Shown here piece by piece: positions 59,861 through 64,000 of a stretch of 64,000 nt of DNA. Within the stretch, counting starts at the first letter, position 1, and every line of letters starts with the position of its first letter. Location of the stretch: assembly GCA_034520565.1 (NCBI GenBank), contig JAXHNL010000002.1:256001-320000 (forward strand). The letters run 5' to 3'. This DNA is from Halodesulfurarchaeum sp. GTDB lineage: Archaea > Halobacteriota > Halobacteria > Halobacteriales > Halobacteriaceae. Under the pieces are notes generated by a model. That model was not told where the DNA came from. It was given only the letters and a program-made list of their open reading frames with translations, and did not search any database. The translations under genes and the position numbers were made by a program.

Positions 59861-59937
59861 ACGGGTGTGGTTTTCTCACAACCCCTCGGGGATATCTTAA
59901 TTCATAATTAGGGGTACGTGTTTGTCCGAAGCGTCAG

Positions 59938-61404
59938 ATGTCAGTGGAGTTCACGCCGAAGACCTACGCCGAAATGCCCGAGGAGAAACGACTCTCCCTC
60001 GCCGAGGCCCTCGTCCCGGTGGTCGGGATGATCCTCTTTCTGGCCGTCGGGATGATCTATCTCGAACTCGACCCACAGATACCCCTGCTCTGGGGGATCG
60101 CCTTCGCCGGGTTGCTGGGGCGATACTACTTCGACTATCCGTGGACCGAGTTGCTCGACGGCATCGGCCGAAGCATCCTAATGGGACTGCAGGCGATCCT
60201 CATCCTCTTCGTCATTTACATGGTCATCGCGTCGTGGATCGACGCGGGGACGATCCCCGCGATCATGTACTACGGACTCGAGTTCCTCTCCCCGCAGGTG
60301 TTCCTCCCGTTCACGATCGCTCTCTCGGCGGTCGTCTCCTTCGCGATCGGTTCCTCCTGGACGACCGCGGGGACCCTCGGTGTCGCCATGATCGGGATCG
60401 GCACCGGGCTGGGGGTTCCCGCCCCGATGACCGCCGGGGCCGTCCTTTCGGGATCCTACACCGGCGACAAGAACTCACCCCTCTCGGATACCACCAACCT
60501 CGCTGCGGCCGTGACCAACACCGAACTGATGGACCACATCAGGGCGATGCGGCCCGGCACGCTGATCGCCTTCTCGATTTCCTTCGTCCTCTTCGTCGTC
60601 CTGGGGCTGAACGCGAGCGGGACGATCCCGGTCGACCGGGTCGCGGAGATCCAGGGGGCCATCGCCGGGAGCTACGTCGTCTCGCCGCTCGTGTTTCTGC
60701 CGATCCTCCTCACCTTCGCGCTCGCCGTGTACGGCTATCCCGCACTCCCATCTCTCGGCGCGGGGATCTTCGCCGGAGTGGGCATCAGCATGACGATCCA
60801 GGGGATCAGCTTCGCCGAGGCCTGGACGACGGTCCAGTCCGGCACCAGTCCCGAGACGGGCGTCGAGTTGACGAATGACCTGCTTGCAAGCGGCGGGCTG
60901 ACCGGTTCCGTGTGGGTCATCACGATCGTGGTGGCCGCACTGGCCCTCGGGGGGATCCTCCAGGAGACCGGTGTGCTCGCGGCGATCGCCTATTACATCG
61001 GGGAGGCAGTCGAAAGCGTCGCCGGCCTCACCGCCGGAACGGCTGTGGGCACCTTCTCGATGAACGTCCTCGCGGCCGAGCAGTACATGGCCATCGTCGT
61101 GCCCGGCATGACCCTCGGGAACCTCTATGACGAGTACGGCCTCGAGAGCCGGAACCTCTCCCGGGCCGTCGAAGCCTCCGGGACCACCACCTCCGCCTTC
61201 GTCCCGTGGAGTTCCGGCGGCGTCTACATGGCATCAGTTCTCGGGGTGCCGGTCATCCAGTATGCCCCGTACTACTTCTTCGGGTTCATCTCCCCGCTCG
61301 TGCTCGTGTTCATGGGTGTGACCGGCTGGAAGATGTTCTATAAGCCGGGCTCCGAGCGCGGCGACCCGCGAAAACGGTCCAGTCCCGAACCGGCAGCTGA
61401 CTGA
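59938..61404 (+). CDS. nhaC: NhaC-family antiporter (Na+/H+ or amino-acid exchanger)
   Basis: GSSWTTAGTLG, GDKNSPLSDTTNLAA, LSRAVEASGT, VPW; multiple TM helices. Confidence 0.88.
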   Translation: MSVEFTPKTYAEMPEEKRLSLAEALVPVVGMILFLAVGMIYLELDPQIPLLWGIAFAGLLGRYYFDYPWTELLDGIGRSILMGLQAILILFVIYMVIASWIDAGTIPAIMYYGLEFLSPQVFLPFTIALSAVVSFAIGSSWTTAGTLGVAMIGIGTGLGVPAPMTAGAVLSGSYTGDKNSPLSDTTNLAAAVTNTELMDHIRAMRPGTLIAFSISFVLFVVLGLNASGTIPVDRVAEIQGAIAGSYVVSPLVFLPILLTFALAVYGYPALPSLGAGIFAGVGISMTIQGISFAEAWTTVQSGTSPETGVELTNDLLASGGLTGSVWVITIVVAALALGGILQETGVLAAIAYYIGEAVESVAGLTAGTAVGTFSMNVLAAEQYMAIVVPGMTLGNLYDEYGLESRNLSRAVEASGTTTSAFVPWSSGGVYMASVLGVPVIQYAPYYFFGFISPLVLVFMGVTGWKMFYKPGSERGDPRKRSSPEPAAD

Positions 61405-61521
61405 CGCGGTCGGTTCCTCGCTTCATTTCACGTTGCTCACCCGACACCGGCGCGAGGATGCGAAGAAATGACACCCGCTCCCGAGATCCGGAGCGACGAA
61501 CGGTTAGGCCAGTCAAAAACT

Positions 61522-61550
61522 GTTAGAGACGTTTATAGACGGTCTCAAAC
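61522..61550. promoter_or_regulatory. Inverted repeat flanking a TATA-like box upstream of the Gly/Met-rich protein
   Basis: GTTaGAGAC-GTTTATAGACG-GTCTCaAAC; TTTATA at 61532-61537. Confidence 0.55.
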
Positions 61551-61612
61551 GTTCTGATCGTTCAGTTTCGAACCACGCCGAGAAATACCCCTTCCCCGTA
61601 TGAGGAAGTGTG

Positions 61613-62311
61613 ATGAGACGAACACTGACGATCCTGGTCGTGGGCCTGCTGGTCGCGGGTCTCGCGATCGGCGGAATCGCGACGGCGGCAAGCGCTCACG
61701 GCGACGATACCGAACAAAGTCCGTACGCGGACGGGTACGAGACCGAAAACGCCACCGACGCCTACGCGGCCATGATGGCCGAGTGGATGACGGCCCGGAT
61801 GGGGCCTGACGGCGTCGAGGCATTCGAGCAGGAGACCGGCACCACGGTCGAGGTCGTCGCCCACGCGATGGCCGAACAGATGGGGCCGGCAGCCGGCACC
61901 TGGAACGACTCGGCTGGAACTGCCCAGTACGGACCGGGCTGGGGCGGCGGATACCAGGCCCCGGGGAGCGGCTATGGCCCGGGAATGTACGGACCGGGAA
62001 TGCACGGACCGGGAATGCACGGGCAGGGGATGCATCACGGCGGCCACATGGGTCCGGCCTGGGGCTATGGCCCAAGTGCCGGTGAGGGGTCCGGCTTGTT
62101 CGGCGGCCCCGGCATGTTCGGCGGTCAATCCGGCCAGTACGGTGGCCAGGGCTACAGTCCGAGCCAGGGGCCGGGCATGTTTGGCGGCCAGGGACAGGGC
62201 TTCTTCGGCGGCTTCGGCCCCGGTAACTGGTTCGGCTCCGGCGGCGGTCATGGCAGCTACGGCGGTCACGGAATGGGCGGCGGCATGGGCGGAATGGGCG
62301 GCGGCTGGTAG
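61613..62311 (+). CDS. Secreted protein with a Gly/Met/His/aromatic low-complexity C-terminus (GPGMx repeats)
   Basis: Sec signal MRRTLTILVVGLLVAGLAIGGIATAASA; acidic helical domain (WMTARMGPD); about 130-aa Gly-rich tail; GAGG-like SD upstream. Confidence 0.8.
   Translation: MRRTLTILVVGLLVAGLAIGGIATAASAHGDDTEQSPYADGYETENATDAYAAMMAEWMTARMGPDGVEAFEQETGTTVEVVAHAMAEQMGPAAGTWNDSAGTAQYGPGWGGGYQAPGSGYGPGMYGPGMHGPGMHGQGMHHGGHMGPAWGYGPSAGEGSGLFGGPGMFGGQSGQYGGQGYSPSQGPGMFGGQGQGFFGGFGPGNWFGSGGGHGSYGGHGMGGGMGGMGGGW
61976..62035 (+). repeat. Four 15-bp tandem repeats encoding GPGMY/GPGMH/GPGMH/GQGMH
   Basis: GGCCCGGGAATGTAC GGACCGGGAATGCAC GGACCGGGAATGCAC GGGCAGGGGATGCAT. Confidence 0.85.
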
Positions 62312-62390
62312 ACCAGCGACGACAAAACAGGCCGTCCGCCGAACTGGCCGAGCGACTTTTCGGACCGGAACAGTCAGCGCGAGCGGCCGC

Positions 62391-63998
62391 TCAGTCGGAC
62401 CGGTCCGGAGCGATCCGCGAGAGTCGCATGGCGTTCCCAGTGACACCCAGGCTCATGCCCATGTCGCCGACGACGACCGCCAGGGCCACGCTCACCAGGC
62501 CCAGGGGAACGCCGACGGCGAGCACGGCTTTGACCCCCAGACTCGCCCAGACGTTCTGTCGAATGACACCGTTTGCCGTCTGGGAGAGGGCATAGAGGTA
62601 CGGAATTCGACCGATCTCGTCGCCCATGAGGGCGATATCGGCGGTTTCGAGGGCGGTATCGGTCCCGGCGGCACCCATCGCGATCCCGACCTCGGCGGTG
62701 GCGAGTGCGGGGGCATCGTTGATCCCGTCGCCGACCATGGCCACCTTCGAACCCCCGGACTGCAGCGATTCGACGGCCTCGACCTTCTGCTCGGGCAGAA
62801 GTTCCGCCCGGAACGTATCGACGCCGACCTGGTCGGCGATGGCCCGTGCCGTGTTCTCGTTGTCGCCGGTCAGCATCACGACCCGGTCGATCCCCAGTTC
62901 GTGCAACCGGTCGACGGCGCGAGCGGCGGTGGGCCGAACTTCGTCCGCGACCGCGATCGCACCGAGGAGTTCGTCCCCGTGACCCACGAGAATCACCGTC
63001 TTGCCGTCCCGTTCGAGGGCATCGATCGCCTTCTCGAAGCCGCGGGAGCGGGACGCGTCCATCTCCGCTGGGCCCGTAAGCGCACCCCCGTCCGTCAGGG
63101 GTGACCCGGACAGGTCGAACCCCAGTTCCTCGAAGAGGGCGGGTTTGCCGACCACGGCCGTCTTGCCGTCGACCTCGCCCCTGATGCCCCGTCCCGACAG
63201 GTTCTCGAAGGCAGTGGGGTCGGGAAGCTCGAGGTCGGCCGACTCGGCCCGGTCGAGAATCGCCCTTCCGATGGGGTGGGTGCTCCGCCGTTCGAGCCCG
63301 CCGGCCAGCCTGAGGACCGTCGTCTCGTCGGTCTCGCCGATCGGCACGACGTCCGTCACGGCGAGGTCGCCCTTGGTCAGCGTCCCGGTCTTGTCGAAGG
63401 CGATGGTGTCGACCCGTCCCATCGCCTCGAGGTGTGAGCCGCCCTTGACGAGCACGCCGTTCTTGGCCGCACTCGTGATGCCGGAGACGACCGAGACCGG
63501 CGTCGAGATGACGAAGGCACAGGGACAGGCGATGACCAACAGCGTGAGCCCCCGGATGAACCACGTCCGCCAGTCGCCGGCGAAGGTGAGGGTGAAGCCT
63601 CCCACGTCGACGGGGATCGGGCTCGTGATCAACAGTGGCGGCACCGTCGCGGTCAACAGGGCCAAAACGACCACCGTGGGCGTGTAATAGCCCGCGAAGC
63701 GGTCGACGAACTGTTCGGTTTCGGTCCGTTTGGCCTGGGCGCCCTGGACCATCTCGATGATCCGGGCGAGGGTCGAGTCGCCCGAGAGCGAGGTAACCTC
63801 GAGTTCGAGGTAGCCGGCCTCGTTGATCGCCCCGGCGAAGACCTCGTCCCCGGGAGTTTTGTCCACCGGGACGCTCTCGCCAGTGATCGGCGACTGGTCG
63901 ACCGCACTCTCCCCCGCCGTCACGCGTCCGTCGAGCGGGATCTTCTCGCCGGGACGGACGGCAACTGTCTCTCCCACTGTGACGTCCTCGGCGGGGAC
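62391..63998 (-). CDS. P1B-type heavy-metal ATPase (Zn/Cd/Pb, ZntA/CadA-like); 5' end lies outside the window
   Basis: TGES, CPC, DKTGT, HP, TGDN, GDGINDAP; TM Lys (GVKAV) and GD in the last helices are typical of P1B-2. Confidence 0.93.
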   Translation of the reverse strand, partial: VPAEDVTVGETVAVRPGEKIPLDGRVTAGESAVDQSPITGESVPVDKTPGDEVFAGAINEAGYLELEVTSLSGDSTLARIIEMVQGAQAKRTETEQFVDRFAGYYTPTVVVLALLTATVPPLLITSPIPVDVGGFTLTFAGDWRTWFIRGLTLLVIACPCAFVISTPVSVVSGITSAAKNGVLVKGGSHLEAMGRVDTIAFDKTGTLTKGDLAVTDVVPIGETDETTVLRLAGGLERRSTHPIGRAILDRAESADLELPDPTAFENLSGRGIRGEVDGKTAVVGKPALFEELGFDLSGSPLTDGGALTGPAEMDASRSRGFEKAIDALERDGKTVILVGHGDELLGAIAVADEVRPTAARAVDRLHELGIDRVVMLTGDNENTARAIADQVGVDTFRAELLPEQKVEAVESLQSGGSKVAMVGDGINDAPALATAEVGIAMGAAGTDTALETADIALMGDEIGRIPYLYALSQTANGVIRQNVWASLGVKAVLAVGVPLGLVSVALAVVVGDMGMSLGVTGNAMRLSRIAPDRSD

Positions 63999-64000
63999 CG

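Noticed and set aside
59898-59910. TAATT-CAT-AATTA palindrome upstream of the NhaC-family gene
   Set aside because: The arms are only 5 bp within an AT-rich promoter and cannot be told apart from the TATA region itself.

Overview
High-GC chromosomal segment of a halophilic archaeon (class Halobacteria): the proteins are strongly acidic and genes are coupled by ATGA/GTGA overlaps. From left to right: two divergent REC-domain signalling genes; the A1Ao ATP synthase operon (atpH-I-K-E-C-F-A-B ... D) with a stand-alone MetE-type catalytic subunit inserted between atpB and atpD; a methyltransferase resembling plant VTE3; a pilin / secreted protein / membrane-anchored wHTH trio; etfBA; a polyprenyl synthase; a DUF373-like protein; a radical SAM protein; a KaiC-like ATPase; NAD kinase; mptA; fxsA; tRNA-Ile(GAT) followed by a structured trailer built from tRNA-derived repeats; two PAS histidine kinases (one frameshifted); gpmI; a degenerate amidohydrolase; a ~19 kb cobalamin cluster (cbiA, sirC, cobA, cbiMNQO, cbiT-L-F-G-H-H-X, inverted chlID, cobN, cbiC, cbiE); a cupin; an HTH + PemK/MazF-like toxin-antitoxin pair (toxin frameshifted); icd; an isoaspartyl peptidase; map; a HIT protein; a membrane kinase; an NhaC-family transporter; a secreted GPG(M)x-repeat protein; and a partial P1B heavy-metal ATPase. 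No CRISPR array, rRNA or transposase was seen. The best novelty candidates are the antisense/decoy switch-like element after tRNA-Ile, the silk-like Met/His-rich secreted protein with a palindrome around its TATA box, a motif shared by three cobalamin promoters, and the orphan MetE subunit inside the atp operon. Family assignments come from motif recognition only; no searches were run.
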